Assembly (NCBI GenBank): GCA_965204735.1 | Contig: OZ242008.1 | Span: forward strand, 320,001 to 384,000 | DNA from: Longimicrobiales bacterium | GTDB lineage: Bacteria > Gemmatimonadota > Gemmatimonadetes > Longimicrobiales > Gaopeijiaceae | Length of the DNA stretch: 64,000 nucleotides | Reading direction: 5' to 3' | Program-made: the position numbers and the translations under genes | Notes under the pieces: model-generated | Seen by the model: only the letters and a program-made list of their open reading frames with translations | The model's database searches: none | Told to the model about the DNA's origin: nothing | In this document: positions 52,923 to 64,000 of the stretch, piece by piece | Numbering within the stretch: the stretch's first letter is position 1 | Layout of the letters: each line of letters starts with the position of its first letter

Positions 52923-53905
52923 CTGTGCTCGCGGCCTTCCCTCCGCCGGCGCGCGAGCCGGACCGCCAATCGGACGGCCTGGGTCATGGAGGACGGGTCC
53001 GCGACCCCGCGGCCGGCGATCTCGAAGGCGGTGCCGTGGTCGGGGGAAGTGCGGACGAAGGGAAGGCCGATCGTCGCGTTCACGCCCCGTCCGAAGGCGG
53101 CGGTCTTGAAGGCTGCCATCCCCACGTCGTGATAGGGGGCCACGACGGCGTCGAACTCGCCGGAGAACGCTCGGGCGAACACGGTGTCGGCGGGCAGGGG
53201 GCCGGTCGTCGGCCAGCTCTCGCCGGCCAGGGCCGCGAGGGCCGGGCCGTACACCTCCCGCTCCTCGGCGCCGAACATCCCGTCGTCGGAGGCGTGCGGG
53301 TTCAGGGCGCACAGCGCGATCCTCGGGGTCGCGATTCCCCACGCCGACTGGAGAGCGGCGGCCAGCAGGCGCGTTTGGGAGACGAGAAGCTCGGCCGTCA
53401 CCAGCCCGGGCACGTCGGCCAGCGGAACGTGAATGGTGGCCAGCAGGACGCGCTTGGCGGGCTCGCCGCCCTCGTCGCACATCAGCATCCCGACGCGGGG
53501 CGCGCCCGAGAGCGCGGCCAGCATCTCGGTGTGGCCCGGGTGGAACCCCGCCGCCGCCAGCGCGGGCTTGTGGACCGGCGCGGTGACCACGGCGTCGGCC
53601 TCGCCCGCCATCGCCAGCTCCACCGCCCGCTCGACCGCCAACCCGGCCGCCCGGCCCGGCTCCAGCCCCGACGCGCCGTCTCCCACGACCTCGTAGCGGC
53701 ACCACGCAGGAAACTCCGCCCGGCGCTCGGCCGGTCCGATCGCGCACGCGGAGAACCCGGTTGCGGCCCGGCCGGCCGCAACCCGGCCTCCGGCTTCCCC
53801 CACGGCTTCGAGCGCCTTGGCCGCGACCTCGGGCCCGATCCCCCGCGGGTCGCCCACCGTGACCGCCAAGCGCACGTCCCGCGTCTCTCGCGGCCCGGCC
53901 GTCAC
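52919..53905 (-). CDS. pdxA: 4-hydroxythreonine-4-phosphate dehydrogenase
   Basis: [29 protein letters not shown] and [14 protein letters not shown] motifs. Confidence 0.96.
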   Translation of the reverse strand: MTAGPRETRDVRLAVTVGDPRGIGPEVAAKALEAVGEAGGRVAAGRAATGFSACAIGPAERRAEFPAWCRYEVVGDGASGLEPGRAAGLAVERAVELAMAGEADAVVTAPVHKPALAAAGFHPGHTEMLAALSGAPRVGMLMCDEGGEPAKRVLLATIHVPLADVPGLVTAELLVSQTRLLAAALQSAWGIATPRIALCALNPHASDDGMFGAEEREVYGPALAALAGESWPTTGPLPADTVFARAFSGEFDAVVAPYHDVGMAAFKTAAFGRGVNATIGLPFVRTSPDHGTAFEIAGRGVADPSSMTQAVRLAVRLARRRREGREHR

Positions 53906-55281
53906 TTGATCTCGATGTGGGCCTTGGCGCGGAGTCCGTCGACGAGAGCGTCCATCCGCTTCTGCCGCAGCAGCGAGGAGCGGATCTGGGCCTCCAGGTC
54001 CTCGAAGACGTAGGTGCCCGCCTCCCTGGTCTCCAGGATCTTCACGACGGCGAAGTGCTCTTCCTCGCGGAAGGTGAACTGGACGGGTCCGACCACTTCG
54101 CCCGCCGACCGGCCCGAGAGCGCGGACAGGTAGGCCGGCGGGAGCGCCTGCGCGATCTGGTTCACGGGGATCGTCGCCGAATCCGGCAGAAAGAGCGCCG
54201 AGTGGTGCTCGTCGACCAGCGCCTGGAACTCCTCGCTCTCCGCGCGGACGGCCAGCTCCGCCGCCAGCCGGCGGGCCCGCGCCAAGTCGGCCGGTCCGGT
54301 GCGAGGGCGGATCAGGATGTGCTTGCCCAGGCGCTCGGCGAACCTCACCCGCTCCACCTTGATGATGTGGAAGCCGAAGGGCGTCTCCACCACGTCGCTC
54401 ACGTTCCCTTCCAAGAGCTCGAAGGCCGCGTCCTCGAACTCGTCCACGAAGGCGCCCCGCCGAAACCACCCCAGGTCGCCCCCCGCCTCTGCGGAGCCCG
54501 GGTCCTCCGAGTGCTCCACGGCCAGCTCGGCGAAGTCCTCGCCGGCCCGGGCGCGTTCCAAGAGCCCTTCGATCCGGGCCCGAGCCTCGGCGACCGCCGA
54601 GTCGGAGGGCGACACGGTGAGCACGAGCTGCTTGAACGCGACCGTGGCTGGCCGCTGCTGAAGGTCGGCCCGACCGGACTCGAAGCGCTCGCGGGCTTCC
54701 TCCTCCGTCACCTCCATGGCGCCTTCGCCCCCGTACCGCTGGACGTAGAGCCCCACCAGCATCGACTGACGGATCTGCTCCCGAAGCATCTCGCGATACG
54801 CCTGGACGGTGAGGCCCAAGGGCCGCAGCGCTTCCTCCATCTCGGCCCGGCTGGGATAGCTGCCCTCGACTTGGGTGAACCGGGCCTGAAGCGAGTCCTC
54901 CACGATGTCCTCGTCCACCGACAGGAGCGTGTCCTGGGCCGCGGCCTGGAGCATGAGCTGGTTGTCGACCAACTCCTCCAGCACCTGCCGCCGGAACGCC
55001 TCGAGCTCGGAGCTGCCCGGCTGGGGCACGGGCATCCCCGACGCCCGCATCTGCTGCTCCCGGCTCAGCAGCTCCGACATGAGGACCACCGAATCGCCGA
55101 CCACCGCCACCACCCTGTCCACCAGGTCGTCCGCGCCCTGGGCGGCGGACGGGGCGGGGAACCCCAGGGCGGGCAGCAGGCAGGCGAGGAGCAGCCGGCG
55201 GAGCGCGACAGCGACGCTCCCAAGGAACGGCCGCGCGGCGGGGGCCGCCGAGAGCGCAACTTTGGAAGAAGCCGTCTTCAC
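53902..55281 (-). CDS. surA: SurA-like chaperone/peptidylprolyl isomerase
   Basis: DRVVAVVG SurA N-terminus and parvulin domain SEDPGS..GGDLGW...FGFHIIK; lies upstream of pdxA. Confidence 0.85.
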   Translation of the reverse strand: MKTASSKVALSAAPAARPFLGSVAVALRRLLLACLLPALGFPAPSAAQGADDLVDRVVAVVGDSVVLMSELLSREQQMRASGMPVPQPGSSELEAFRRQVLEELVDNQLMLQAAAQDTLLSVDEDIVEDSLQARFTQVEGSYPSRAEMEEALRPLGLTVQAYREMLREQIRQSMLVGLYVQRYGGEGAMEVTEEEARERFESGRADLQQRPATVAFKQLVLTVSPSDSAVAEARARIEGLLERARAGEDFAELAVEHSEDPGSAEAGGDLGWFRRGAFVDEFEDAAFELLEGNVSDVVETPFGFHIIKVERVRFAERLGKHILIRPRTGPADLARARRLAAELAVRAESEEFQALVDEHHSALFLPDSATIPVNQIAQALPPAYLSALSGRSAGEVVGPVQFTFREEEHFAVVKILETREAGTYVFEDLEAQIRSSLLRQKRMDALVDGLRAKAHIEIK

Positions 55282-55340
55282 GAAAGTCCTGCCGGTCGAG
55301 GTGTCGTCTCGCTTGGGGGACAATCTAACCACGCAGCCGA

Positions 55341-55439
55341 GCGGGCGTCCGGCCTTGCGGCTTGCGGGCATCCGGCGTTGCGGGCGTCCGGCGCTGCGGC
55401 TTGCGGGCATCCGACGTTGCGGGCGTCCGGCCGTGCGGC
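55341..55439. repeat. intergenic 39-bp tandem repeat, about 2.5 units
   Basis: Units start at 55341, 55380 and 55419; internal TTGCGGGC(A/G)TCCG sub-repeats. Confidence 0.85.
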
Positions 55440-55589
55440 GTCCAACGCTGCCGACGCCGGCGGAGGCGGGGCCGTCGCGAAGCGGTGCACTGGCGATGTC
55501 GCGGAGCGCTCCCGACGCTGGCGGCAACGGGGTGCTTGCCGTAAGTACATTTATTGCAGCAGGAGCAACCCCCCAAGGAGAACGAAAGC

Positions 55590-58500
55590 ATGAAGCCTGC
55601 CCGTACGATCCTCGCCGTCGCGCTGGCCGCGACGGCCGCCGCCGGGCCCGCCGCGGCCCAGGAACGCGGCGCGGTGGGCGGCGTAGTGAGGGACGCTGCG
55701 TCGTCCACCCCGCTCGCGGGCGTCCAGGTGCTGATCGAAGGCACCAACTACGGGGCGCTCACCAACGCCGAGGGCCGCTACCTGGTCCTCAACGTGCCCC
55801 CGGGAACCCACTCCCTGCGGGCCGTCTTCATCGGTCACGGTCCTGCCGTCCAGGAGTTCACCGTCGAGGCGGGAGGCACGGCCGAGGTCGACTTCGAGCT
55901 GGCCCAGTCGGCTCTTCAGCTGGACGAGATCGTCGTGACGGCCACGGGCGAGCAGCGCAAGCGGGAGCTGGGCAACGCGGTGGGCGAGATCGAAGCCGCC
56001 CAGGTCGTGGAAGTGGCGCCGGTGCACAACATGGCCGATCTGCTTCAAGGACGTTCCGCCGGCGTGCAGGTCCTCAACTCGGCCGGCACGTCGGGCGTCG
56101 GCTCCCGCGTCCGCATTCGGGGGTCCAGCTCGATATCCCTCTCCAACGACCCGCTGCTCTACGTGGACGGAATCCGCGTGGACGGCGGAAGCCGACAGGG
56201 CGGCATCTACACCGGGGGACAGGAGGCGTCGCGGCTGGACGACTTCAACCCGGAGGACATCGAGTCCATCGAGATCGTCAAGGGACCGTCGGCGGCCACC
56301 CTCTACGGCACCGAGGCGGCGAACGGAGTGATCCGCGTCACCACCAAGCGCGGGCGGCCCGGCGAGACCCGGTGGAACGTGTGGGCCGAGGGCGGTCTGA
56401 TTCAGGAGCCCAACACCTATCCGCTCAACTACGCGGGCCTCGACGCCGCGGGGGGCCGATACGCGCGCGCGTGCCGGTTGGCCGAAGTCGCCGGGGGCCT
56501 GTGCAACCAGACGTCGATCGAGTCGTACCAAGTCCTCCACGACTCGAACCTCACCCCCATCGACGACGGCAACCGGACCCAGTTCGGCCTCTCGGCGACC
56601 GGGGGGTCGGAGCGGATCAACTACTACATCGCCGGAGAGCTGGAAGGCGAAGTCGGACCGTACACGCTGCCCCAGGCGGACCGCGAGGACCTGGAGGAGC
56701 GGGGCATTCCCATCACCAGCGAAGTCGAGCGTCCCAACCAGCTCCGCCGGAAGAACCTGCGCGTCAACATCAACAGCCAGCTCTCGGACATCGCGACCCT
56801 TTCGCTCCGCACCTCCTACCTGGACAGCCACTTCGCGACGCTGGGCAACGACAACAACTCGTTCGGCTTCCTTCCCAGCGCGTTCTTCGGCGGCTCGAAC
56901 GCGGACCGGGCGTGGGGCTTCCAGAGGCCGGCCCAGCTCTTCGGGCGGACCTTCTACCAGGACACCCAGCGCTTCACCGCGGGCGGAACGCTCACCGTGG
57001 ACCCCTTCGAGTGGCTTCAGTTTCGTGGAACGGCGGGAGTGGACTACTACAACCGGCTGGACGTGTCGTTCTTCGGCCGCGACATCGGCGTGCCCGGCGA
57101 CAACAACCGCGGCCGCAAGGACTCCAACTACGCCAACCAGTGGCAGTACACGCTGGACGCCGGCGCAACCGCGTCCTTCGACCTGACCGACGAGATCACG
57201 TCCAAGTCCACCGTGGGCGTCCAGTACTTCGAGAACCAGTACACGGGCACCCGGGCCTGGGGGATCGACATCGTGAACGGCGCGTCGTCGATCGGGGCCG
57301 CGGCAGAGACGTTCTCGGACGAATTCCACGTCTTCGAGAAGACGGCGGGACTCTTCGTGGACCAGCAGTTCGGCCTTTCGGACCGGCTCTTCGTGACCGG
57401 CGCCGTCCGGGCGGACGACAACAGCGCCTTCGGACAGGACTTCGACCTGATCTACTACCCCAAGGCCAGCCTCTCGTGGCTTGCGTCGGAGGAGAGCTTC
57501 TTCCCCGAATGGGGCTTCCTGAACCAGCTCCGCCTTCGGGCGGCGTGGGGACGCTCCGGCCTTCAGCCCGGCTCCGACGACGCGATCCGAACCCTGGAGG
57601 CCGACGCCATCACGACGCCGGACGACCAGACGGGCTCCGGCGTGTCGATCGGCAACATCGGCAACAGCCTGCTGGAGCCGGAGGAATCCAGCGAGATCGA
57701 GGCGGGCTTCGACGCCGAGCTCTTCCACGGACGTGCCGCCTTGGAGCTGACGTACTACGACAAGCGCACTTCCGGCGCCTTGATCGAGGTCCCCCTGGCC
57801 CCGTCCCTGGGAGCGAGCGCCAACCGGTGGATCAACATCGGCGAGGTGCAGAACGCAGGATGGGAAGCCTCGATCACCGGCACCGTGATCGACACGGAGG
57901 ACGTCAGCTGGGACCTGACGATCTCCGGCTCCCTCAACAAGAACGAGCTCCTCTCGCTGGGCGAAGGCACCGAGCCGATAGGGAGCCAGACCCGCTTCGT
58001 CCCCGGCTACCCCCTGGGCGGACAGTGGGACCGTCCCCTCCAGAGCTGGAACGACGCCGACGGCAACGGGATCATCACGCCCGACGAGCTGGTGGTGGGG
58101 GACACGATCGAGTACATCGGGCCGGGGCAGCCCGAGAACCAGCTGTCGGTCTCCACCAGCATCCAGCTCTTCCGCAACGTCCGCCTCTACGGACTGCTGG
58201 ACTACCGGGGCAACTACGTCGCGTACAACAACACCGAGCGCTTCCGCTGCCGCTTCCGGCTGTGCCAAGCCCTGATCGACCCGGGCACGCCGCTGGACGA
58301 CCAGGCGAGGGCGGTGGCGTCGCTCCTCCACCCCAGCCAGACCGTTTGGGGCTACATGGAGCGGGGCGACTTCTGGAAGCTGCGGGAGGTGTCGGTGCGC
58401 TTCCAGCTGCCCGCCGAGATCGCGCAGAAGATCAGCGCGTCGTCGGCGTCGCTCACTCTGACGGGCCGCAACCTGGGGACGTGGACCGACTACACGGGCA

Positions 58501-58610
58501 TGGACCCGGAGATCAACTGGAACGGCTCCAGCGACAACTTCGGCGTCTCCGAGTTCCTGACCCAGCCGCCGGTTCGCTACTACACCCTTCGCCTCAACCT
58601 CGCCTTCTAG
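55590..58610 (+). CDS. SusC/RagA-family TonB-dependent receptor
   Basis: Carboxypeptidase-like N-domain, [33 protein letters not shown] and C-terminal Phe. Confidence 0.95.
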   Translation: MKPARTILAVALAATAAAGPAAAQERGAVGGVVRDAASSTPLAGVQVLIEGTNYGALTNAEGRYLVLNVPPGTHSLRAVFIGHGPAVQEFTVEAGGTAEVDFELAQSALQLDEIVVTATGEQRKRELGNAVGEIEAAQVVEVAPVHNMADLLQGRSAGVQVLNSAGTSGVGSRVRIRGSSSISLSNDPLLYVDGIRVDGGSRQGGIYTGGQEASRLDDFNPEDIESIEIVKGPSAATLYGTEAANGVIRVTTKRGRPGETRWNVWAEGGLIQEPNTYPLNYAGLDAAGGRYARACRLAEVAGGLCNQTSIESYQVLHDSNLTPIDDGNRTQFGLSATGGSERINYYIAGELEGEVGPYTLPQADREDLEERGIPITSEVERPNQLRRKNLRVNINSQLSDIATLSLRTSYLDSHFATLGNDNNSFGFLPSAFFGGSNADRAWGFQRPAQLFGRTFYQDTQRFTAGGTLTVDPFEWLQFRGTAGVDYYNRLDVSFFGRDIGVPGDNNRGRKDSNYANQWQYTLDAGATASFDLTDEITSKSTVGVQYFENQYTGTRAWGIDIVNGASSIGAAAETFSDEFHVFEKTAGLFVDQQFGLSDRLFVTGAVRADDNSAFGQDFDLIYYPKASLSWLASEESFFPEWGFLNQLRLRAAWGRSGLQPGSDDAIRTLEADAITTPDDQTGSGVSIGNIGNSLLEPEESSEIEAGFDAELFHGRAALELTYYDKRTSGALIEVPLAPSLGASANRWINIGEVQNAGWEASITGTVIDTEDVSWDLTISGSLNKNELLSLGEGTEPIGSQTRFVPGYPLGGQWDRPLQSWNDADGNGIITPDELVVGDTIEYIGPGQPENQLSVSTSIQLFRNVRLYGLLDYRGNYVAYNNTERFRCRFRLCQALIDPGTPLDDQARAVASLLHPSQTVWGYMERGDFWKLREVSVRFQLPAEIAQKISASSASLTLTGRNLGTWTDYTGMDPEINWNGSSDNFGVSEFLTQPPVRYYTLRLNLAF

Positions 58611-58622
58611 GAGGGCCGACCA

Positions 58623-59942
58623 ATGAAGACGACAAGAAACGGCGCTTGGCCCGTCCTGGCGACGGCCGCGGCGCTGCTGGCTTCGGCCTGCGACACCGAC
58701 AGCCTCCTGGAGGTCGTGGACCCCGACATCGTGACGCCCGCCGACGTGGTGGGCGCCCCGGGCGCCGAGCTGTACTGGGCCGGCGCCGTCGGCCTCTTCG
58801 CGGCCGCGTTCTCCAGCGGGGGCGGCGGCCAGGTGGTCTACTCGGGGATGATCAGCGACGAGTTCCACCTCTCGGGGACCTTTCCGACCCGCAACGAGGT
58901 GGACCGGCGGGAGATGGACGACCGCAACGGCACGCTCCTGGGCCAGTACCGGACGATGCACCGCTCCCGAGTGGGCACCAAGAACGCCGCCGAACGCATG
59001 GCGGAGCTGTTGCCGGGCGACAGCCGGATCGGCGAGATGTGGAACCTGAACGGGTACACCAACCTCTTCTTCGCCGAGCACTACTGCTCCGGCGTGCCCT
59101 TCAGCGACACGCCCAACGAGGGCGACATCGTCTACGGCGAGCAGCAGACCACCGCGCAGATACTGGACGCGGCGCTTGCCGGCTTCGGGTCGGCGGAGGG
59201 CGCCGTGGCGGGCGACGCGAACCAGCGTCATCTGGCCGCCGTCGGCGTCGCCCGGACGCGCTTGAACCAGGGCGACTACGCCGGGGCCGCGTCCGCCGCC
59301 GCCAGCGTGCCCGACGACTGGACCTACTCGGTGCGCAGCAAGGAGGGAGGCACGTTCGGGCAGCGCAACGCCGTCTTCGAGCTCAACCAGCGGCAGCGGC
59401 GGTGGTCGCTGTCGGACATGGAGGGCGAGAACGGCGTGGCGTTCAGGTCGCGAACGGACTCCCGCGTGCCGTGGGAGGACTCGGGGGGCACGGGCTTCGA
59501 CGAGGAGACCCACCTCTGGCACCAGCTCAAGTACGGTTCGGAGGAGGCCGACGTGGTGCTGGCCAGCGGAGTGGAAGCCCGGCTGATCCAGGCCGAGAGC
59601 GAGCTGGCCAGCGGCGGCGACTGGCTGGGCACCCTGAACGGGCTGCGCGCGGGCGCCGAACTGGCGGCCCTCGGCGACCCGGGCGACCCGAACGGGCGGG
59701 TTGGGCTGCTCTTTGAGGAGCGGGCGCGCTGGCTCTTCGGAACGGCCCACCGTCTGGGCGACCTGCGGCGCCTGGTGCGCCAGTACGGCTTCAGCCAGGA
59801 CCAAGTGTTCCCCTCGGGGGACTTCTTCAAGGGCGGGGCCTACGGCTCCGACGTGAACTTCCCGATCCCCTTCGAGGAGCACGAGAACGAGGCCCTGGCC
59901 GGACTGGAGGGCCAGAGCCTCTGCCTGGACCGGGCGGCGTAG
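58623..59942 (+). CDS. SusD/RagB-family lipoprotein
   Basis: LASAC lipobox, EARLIQAE, and ERARWLF..HRLGDLRR motifs; follows the susC-like gene. Confidence 0.9.
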   Translation: MKTTRNGAWPVLATAAALLASACDTDSLLEVVDPDIVTPADVVGAPGAELYWAGAVGLFAAAFSSGGGGQVVYSGMISDEFHLSGTFPTRNEVDRREMDDRNGTLLGQYRTMHRSRVGTKNAAERMAELLPGDSRIGEMWNLNGYTNLFFAEHYCSGVPFSDTPNEGDIVYGEQQTTAQILDAALAGFGSAEGAVAGDANQRHLAAVGVARTRLNQGDYAGAASAAASVPDDWTYSVRSKEGGTFGQRNAVFELNQRQRRWSLSDMEGENGVAFRSRTDSRVPWEDSGGTGFDEETHLWHQLKYGSEEADVVLASGVEARLIQAESELASGGDWLGTLNGLRAGAELAALGDPGDPNGRVGLLFEERARWLFGTAHRLGDLRRLVRQYGFSQDQVFPSGDFFKGGAYGSDVNFPIPFEEHENEALAGLEGQSLCLDRAA

Positions 59943-59968
59943 AGGTCTGGACCGGGCGGCGTAGAGGT
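59925..59968. repeat. 22-bp tandem duplication including the SusD-like stop codon
   Basis: CTGGACCGGGCGGCGTAGAGGT occurs twice in tandem. Confidence 0.88.
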
Positions 59969-59983
59969 CGCCGGCAGCCAGCT

Positions 59984-60553
59984 TCAGCCGGCGCGTGCCG
60001 GCTGGTCCTCGAGCGGGGCGCCTGCCGGATCCGTCGGCGGGCGCCCCGCCTTGCCTTCGCGGGCGGGCGACGCAGCCGACGGCCCGCCTCGCGGCTGCCG
60101 GGTGTGGATGAGGATCACCCCGTCTCCGGCGTTGGTGCCGTAGTAGGTGGTGGCGTGGACGCCGGTCAGGACCTGGATGCGCTCGATGTCGCCGGCGGGG
60201 AGGGACGCCAGGAGCCCAAGGTCCCGCACCCTCACGTGGTCGATGTAGATCGGCATGTCCTCCGTGAGCAGGATCGTGGACGACCCCCGCCGGTGGACCC
60301 GCTCCGGGTCTCCCCTGCCCGATTCCTGAAAGCGCGCGTAGCGGACCGTCCGCTGAACGGCCTCCCACATCGTGGTGGCTTCGGATTCGGCGATCTCCTC
60401 TCGCGTGACGACCTTGCCCGCGTTGGCGTCGGGGAGAGCCGCCCGGGGCCGGATGCCGCAGCCCTGAAGCAAGGTCGCGGCGGCCAGGGCCGGGAGGAGG
60501 ACGGCCCGAAGCCCCCTGGTCGCCGGAGCGGGCGCGGCAGCGGTCGCGTTCAC
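59984..60553 (-). CDS. stand-alone TonB-receptor plug-domain lipoprotein
   Basis: LLQGC lipobox, VVTREEI, IYIDHV and DIERIQVL...YGTNAGDGVILIHT; no barrel domain. Confidence 0.8.
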   Translation of the reverse strand: MNATAAAPAPATRGLRAVLLPALAAATLLQGCGIRPRAALPDANAGKVVTREEIAESEATTMWEAVQRTVRYARFQESGRGDPERVHRRGSSTILLTEDMPIYIDHVRVRDLGLLASLPAGDIERIQVLTGVHATTYYGTNAGDGVILIHTRQPRGGPSAASPAREGKAGRPPTDPAGAPLEDQPARAG

Positions 60554-61905
60554 GGAGTGCCGCCTCCGGCGCCGACGGACCGCAGCTCCTCGATCCGCCG
60601 AAGCACGTCGTCGGCTCGCGCCTGGTGGATGCGCCACTCGCCCTGGTCGCGAAGGAGGACGACGACGGGACCGAGCGGCAGAATCTGCTGCTCGCCGGAG
60701 AGGACGCGGATCAGCGCAGCCTCCACCCGCTCGCCGGCCGCTGGAGGGAGGGGCGTCGCGGCCGCCAACCCGATCTCCCGGGCACGGGCCACCACCGCCG
60801 CCCTGGTCGAGTTCCGCGCCGAGTCCACGCGGGCCTGGGCGGGCTCCAGCTCTCGGGCCCGGGCCTCGGTCAGCAGCAGCTCCCGGCGGGCGACTCGCCG
60901 GAGCGCCGCCTCCAGCTCCGGCCCGGTCGCGCCAGCGACGCCCTCCGCGAAGCCGACCGGCGAGCGGCGGATCAGATCAAGGAAGTCGCCCGCCGTGTAG
61001 GCGCCGCCGGTCCAGGTGAGCAAGGGCCGCCGGGCGGCTCGGTCCGAAAGTCCGGCGGGCGCGCTCTCGGCCAGGGCGCGGGCCAGCGCCGGCCCGTCCG
61101 GGGCGAAGGCCAGCCCCGACGCCGAGTCCAGGACGGCGATGTACGCCGCCTCCGCTTCGCCGATCCGTTCCAGCTGAATCCGCCGCCTGAACTCGGCCCC
61201 CGCCTCTGCCAAGTTCGGCGCTTCCAGCCGTTCCAGGTGCAAGAGGTGGTAGCCCAGCTCGGTGGCAACCGGCCCGCTCGTCTCCCCCGGAGCCAGGCGA
61301 AAGACCGCGCTGTCCACTCCCGCCAGCATCTGGCCCCTCTCGAAGGTGCCCATGCTCCCTCCCCGGGCGGCGCTCCCCCGGTCGGCGCTGAACCGCTCCG
61401 CCAGGGCCGCGAAGTCGGCCCCGGCCTCGATCCGGTCGCGCAGCCCGGCGGCGGCGGCCCGCACGCTGTCCCGCTGGCGGCTCGTGGCCCCCGGCGGAAA
61501 GAGCAGGAGGATCTGGGACGCCGTGGCCTGGGCGCCGGGCATCTCGGCGGCGAAGCGCTCGGCCAGCTCCTCGTCGCCCACAACCGTGTCCGCCTCGACC
61601 TCCTCCTCGCTGAGCCGCGCCAGCATCTCCTCCTCCAAGGCCCCTCGGACCAGGTCGTCCACCTCCAAGGAGGCCAGCGACGTGTCGTCGTCCAGGCGCT
61701 GGGCAAGCAGCGTGTAGTCCACCCACAGCTCGGCCACCGCCCTCACCACCTGGCTGTCGCCCGGGAGGGTGCTGTGGTCCAGGATCATCTGGGCCGCTTC
61801 GTCCACGGTCAGCCGCCGGCCGCCGGCTTCGGCCAAGTTGCCGCCGCCGCAGGCGGTCGAAAGCAGCAGCGCCCAGCAGGCGCGGGTGCGGGCGGAAGCG
61901 TTCAT
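60550..61905 (-). CDS. parvulin-type peptidylprolyl isomerase lipoprotein
   Basis: LSTAC lipobox, ASQILL, FAALAERFSAD...GGSMG and LGYHLL motifs. Confidence 0.88.
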   Translation of the reverse strand: MNASARTRACWALLLSTACGGGNLAEAGGRRLTVDEAAQMILDHSTLPGDSQVVRAVAELWVDYTLLAQRLDDDTSLASLEVDDLVRGALEEEMLARLSEEEVEADTVVGDEELAERFAAEMPGAQATASQILLLFPPGATSRQRDSVRAAAAGLRDRIEAGADFAALAERFSADRGSAARGGSMGTFERGQMLAGVDSAVFRLAPGETSGPVATELGYHLLHLERLEAPNLAEAGAEFRRRIQLERIGEAEAAYIAVLDSASGLAFAPDGPALARALAESAPAGLSDRAARRPLLTWTGGAYTAGDFLDLIRRSPVGFAEGVAGATGPELEAALRRVARRELLLTEARARELEPAQARVDSARNSTRAAVVARAREIGLAAATPLPPAAGERVEAALIRVLSGEQQILPLGPVVVLLRDQGEWRIHQARADDVLRRIEELRSVGAGGGTP

Positions 61906-61909
61906 GGGG

Positions 61910-64000
61910 TCAACTCCTGTCCGGCTGGTCGTCTTCCCGGCGCCCTCCCAGGGCGTCCATGGCGCGCACCACCACTTCGGCGAGCCGCTCCGGGTCGTAG
62001 CACTCCACAACGATGGACAGCGGCGCCGCCCTGCGCACCTCGACGGCCACCCGCTCCCCCTTCAAGGCCTTCTCCAGCGCCGACATCCGAGGCACGACGC
62101 CGGCGTCGAAGTTCACTCGCGCCCGGGCGCCCCGCACCAGGACCCGCGTCGCCCCGGCGCCCTGTCCCACGATCCCCAGCAGGGACTGGTCCAGCAGGCG
62201 ACGGGCCTCGGGGGGAAGGCTGCCGAATCGGTCCGTCAGCTCCGCCGCCAGCTCGCGCACTTCGCGACGACTCGCCACTCGGGAGAGACGCCGGTAGAAG
62301 TGCAGCTTCTGGTGCTCGTCGGCCACGTAGGCGTCGGGCAGGTAGGCGCCGGCGTCGACGGCGACCTCCGGCCTGGGACGCTGCGCTCGCTTCGGTCCGT
62401 CCCGCATCCGGCGGACGCTCTCGTCCAGCAGGCGGAGGTAGGTGTCCAGTCCCACTGCGTGGGCGAAGCCGGACTGGTCCTCTCCCAGCAAGTTGCCCGC
62501 GCCCCGCACCTCCAGGTCCCTCATGGCGATCTGGTACCCGCTCCCCAGCTCCGTGTAGTGCTCCAGCACCCTCAACCGCTTCTCCGCCTCGTCGGAGATC
62601 GCGTCCGGCACGATCAGGTAGCAGAACGCCCGCCGGTCCGAGCGGCCCACGCGGCCCCGAATCTGGTAGAGCTGCGAGAGGCCGAAACGGTCGGCCCCGT
62701 CCACCATCAAGGTGTTGGCGTTGGCCACGTCCAGGCCGTTCTCGATGATCGACGAGCACACCAGCACGTCGGTCTCTCCCTCGGCGAAGCGGGTCATCGC
62801 CCGGTCCAGCTCGCTGGGCGCCATCTGCCCATGGGCCACGTCCACCGTCGCCGAGCCGACCAGCTTCCGCACCCGAGCCCCCGCCGTCTCGATCGTCTGG
62901 ACCCGGTTGTGGAGGAAGAACACCTGGCCGCCCCGGTCGATCTCCTGCCGGCACGCCTCCGCCACGAGACGGTCGCTCCACGACACCACGTGGGTCGCCA
63001 CGGGCATTCGGTTGCGGGGCGGCGTGCGGATCAGCGACAAGTCCCGGATCCCCGCCAGCGAGAGGTAGAGCGTCCGAGGTATCGGGGTCGCCGTCAGGGT
63101 CAGCACGTCCACTGTGGCGCGCAGGCGCTTCAGACGCTCCTTCTGGCGGACTCCCATGCGCTGCTCCTCGTCGATCACCAGGAGCCCCAGGTCCTTGAAG
63201 GCGACGTCGCCGGAGAGGAGCCGGTGGGTGCCGATCACCACGTCCACGGTCCCGCCGGCCAAGCCCTTCAGCACTTCCCGCTGTCTCTTGGGCGATTCGA
63301 AGCGGGAGAGGCTCGCCACCTGCACCGGATAGTCGGCCATTCGGTCGCCGAAGGTGCGGGCGTGCTGTGCGACCAGAACCGTGGTGGGCGCCAGGACGGC
63401 CACCTGCTTCCCGTCCTCCACCGCCTTGAACGCCGCCCGCACGGCCACCTCCGTCTTGCCGTAGCCCACGTCGCCGCAAACCAGCCGGTCCATCGCCTTG
63501 GGCGACTCCATGTCGGCCTTGATCGCCTTCACGGCTTCGCGCTGGTCCGGCGTGTCCTCGTACAGGAAGGACGACTCCAGCTCGCGCTGCCAGCGCGTGT
63601 CGGCGGGGAAGGCGTGGCCGGGGCGGGAGCGGCGGGCCGCGTACAGCTCCAGAAGCTCGGCCGTCATCTCGTGGATGGCGGTCTCGGCGCGCTTCCTGAC
63701 GGTCTTCCAGCGCTTCCCGCCCAGCCTGTGGACGCGGCGGGGCTTGGCGTCCGGCTCTCCGCCGACCCAGCGCTCCACTTGGTCCAGCTGCTGAACGGGG
63801 ACCCGAAGCTGCTCGTCGCCGTCGTACGCGATCACGAGCGCTTCGATCGATTCGCCCCCGGCCTCCACCTGCTCGATTCCCTCGTAGCGTCCGATTCCGT
63901 GCTCCATGTGGACCACGTAGTCTCCCGGCGAGAGCTGGGCCAGGCTCTCCAGAGACGCGGCGCCGCGAAACCGGCGGGTGCGCCGAAGCTTGGGGCTGCG
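61910..64000 (-). CDS. mfd: transcription-repair coupling factor; 5' end outside the window
   Basis: VHMEHGIGRY, CGDVGYGKTEVA, DEEQRMGV, TATPIPRTL, QIRGRVGRS and RDLEVRGAGNLLG motifs. Confidence 0.97.
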   Translation of the reverse strand, partial: RSPKLRRTRRFRGAASLESLAQLSPGDYVVHMEHGIGRYEGIEQVEAGGESIEALVIAYDGDEQLRVPVQQLDQVERWVGGEPDAKPRRVHRLGGKRWKTVRKRAETAIHEMTAELLELYAARRSRPGHAFPADTRWQRELESSFLYEDTPDQREAVKAIKADMESPKAMDRLVCGDVGYGKTEVAVRAAFKAVEDGKQVAVLAPTTVLVAQHARTFGDRMADYPVQVASLSRFESPKRQREVLKGLAGGTVDVVIGTHRLLSGDVAFKDLGLLVIDEEQRMGVRQKERLKRLRATVDVLTLTATPIPRTLYLSLAGIRDLSLIRTPPRNRMPVATHVVSWSDRLVAEACRQEIDRGGQVFFLHNRVQTIETAGARVRKLVGSATVDVAHGQMAPSELDRAMTRFAEGETDVLVCSSIIENGLDVANANTLMVDGADRFGLSQLYQIRGRVGRSDRRAFCYLIVPDAISDEAEKRLRVLEHYTELGSGYQIAMRDLEVRGAGNLLGEDQSGFAHAVGLDTYLRLLDESVRRMRDGPKRAQRPRPEVAVDAGAYLPDAYVADEHQKLHFYRRLSRVASRREVRELAAELTDRFGSLPPEARRLLDQSLLGIVGQGAGATRVLVRGARARVNFDAGVVPRMSALEKALKGERVAVEVRRAAPLSIVVECYDPERLAEVVVRAMDALGGRREDDQPDRS

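Noticed and set aside
55341..55439. CRISPR array
   Set aside because: Contiguous tandem units without unique spacers, and no cas genes.

Overview
High-GC bacterial chromosome segment. Gene order and protein style (SusC/SusD pair, plug-only lipoprotein, mfd-PPIase-surA-pdxA-holB) suggest Gemmatimonadota; this is inference. The housekeeping backbone contains menF-D-B-A-E, thiD, a TrmH-family methylase, pilD, an ALDH7-type dehydrogenase, moeA, acs, guaB, an MltD-like enzyme, moaC, holB, pdxA, surA and mfd. Accessory DNA interrupts it. Between 6.6 and 22.2 kb lies a defence-island-like block with two ABC/AAA-ATPase + DUF4276-like modules (one with a truncated partner), a VapBC-type toxin-antitoxin pair, and a complete IS1202-type element with a 16-bp target duplication. 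That block also holds the top candidate: a tightly coupled four-gene membrane operon at 10.7-15.7 kb. It encodes a MotA/ExbB/ZorA-like channel with a long coiled-coil tail, a MotB/ZorB-like partner with Glu at the usual Asp position and no OmpA domain, an exported VWA/MIDAS protein, and a 4-TM coiled-coil protein. Other accessory features are a degraded island with an integrase relic (23.5-25.6 kb), three mosaic SGNH paralogues (29.8-35.7 kb), a DUF4011-helicase-nuclease-DUF3320 (Hhe-like) gene, and many short tandem duplications. All calls come from reading motifs by eye; no database searches were run.
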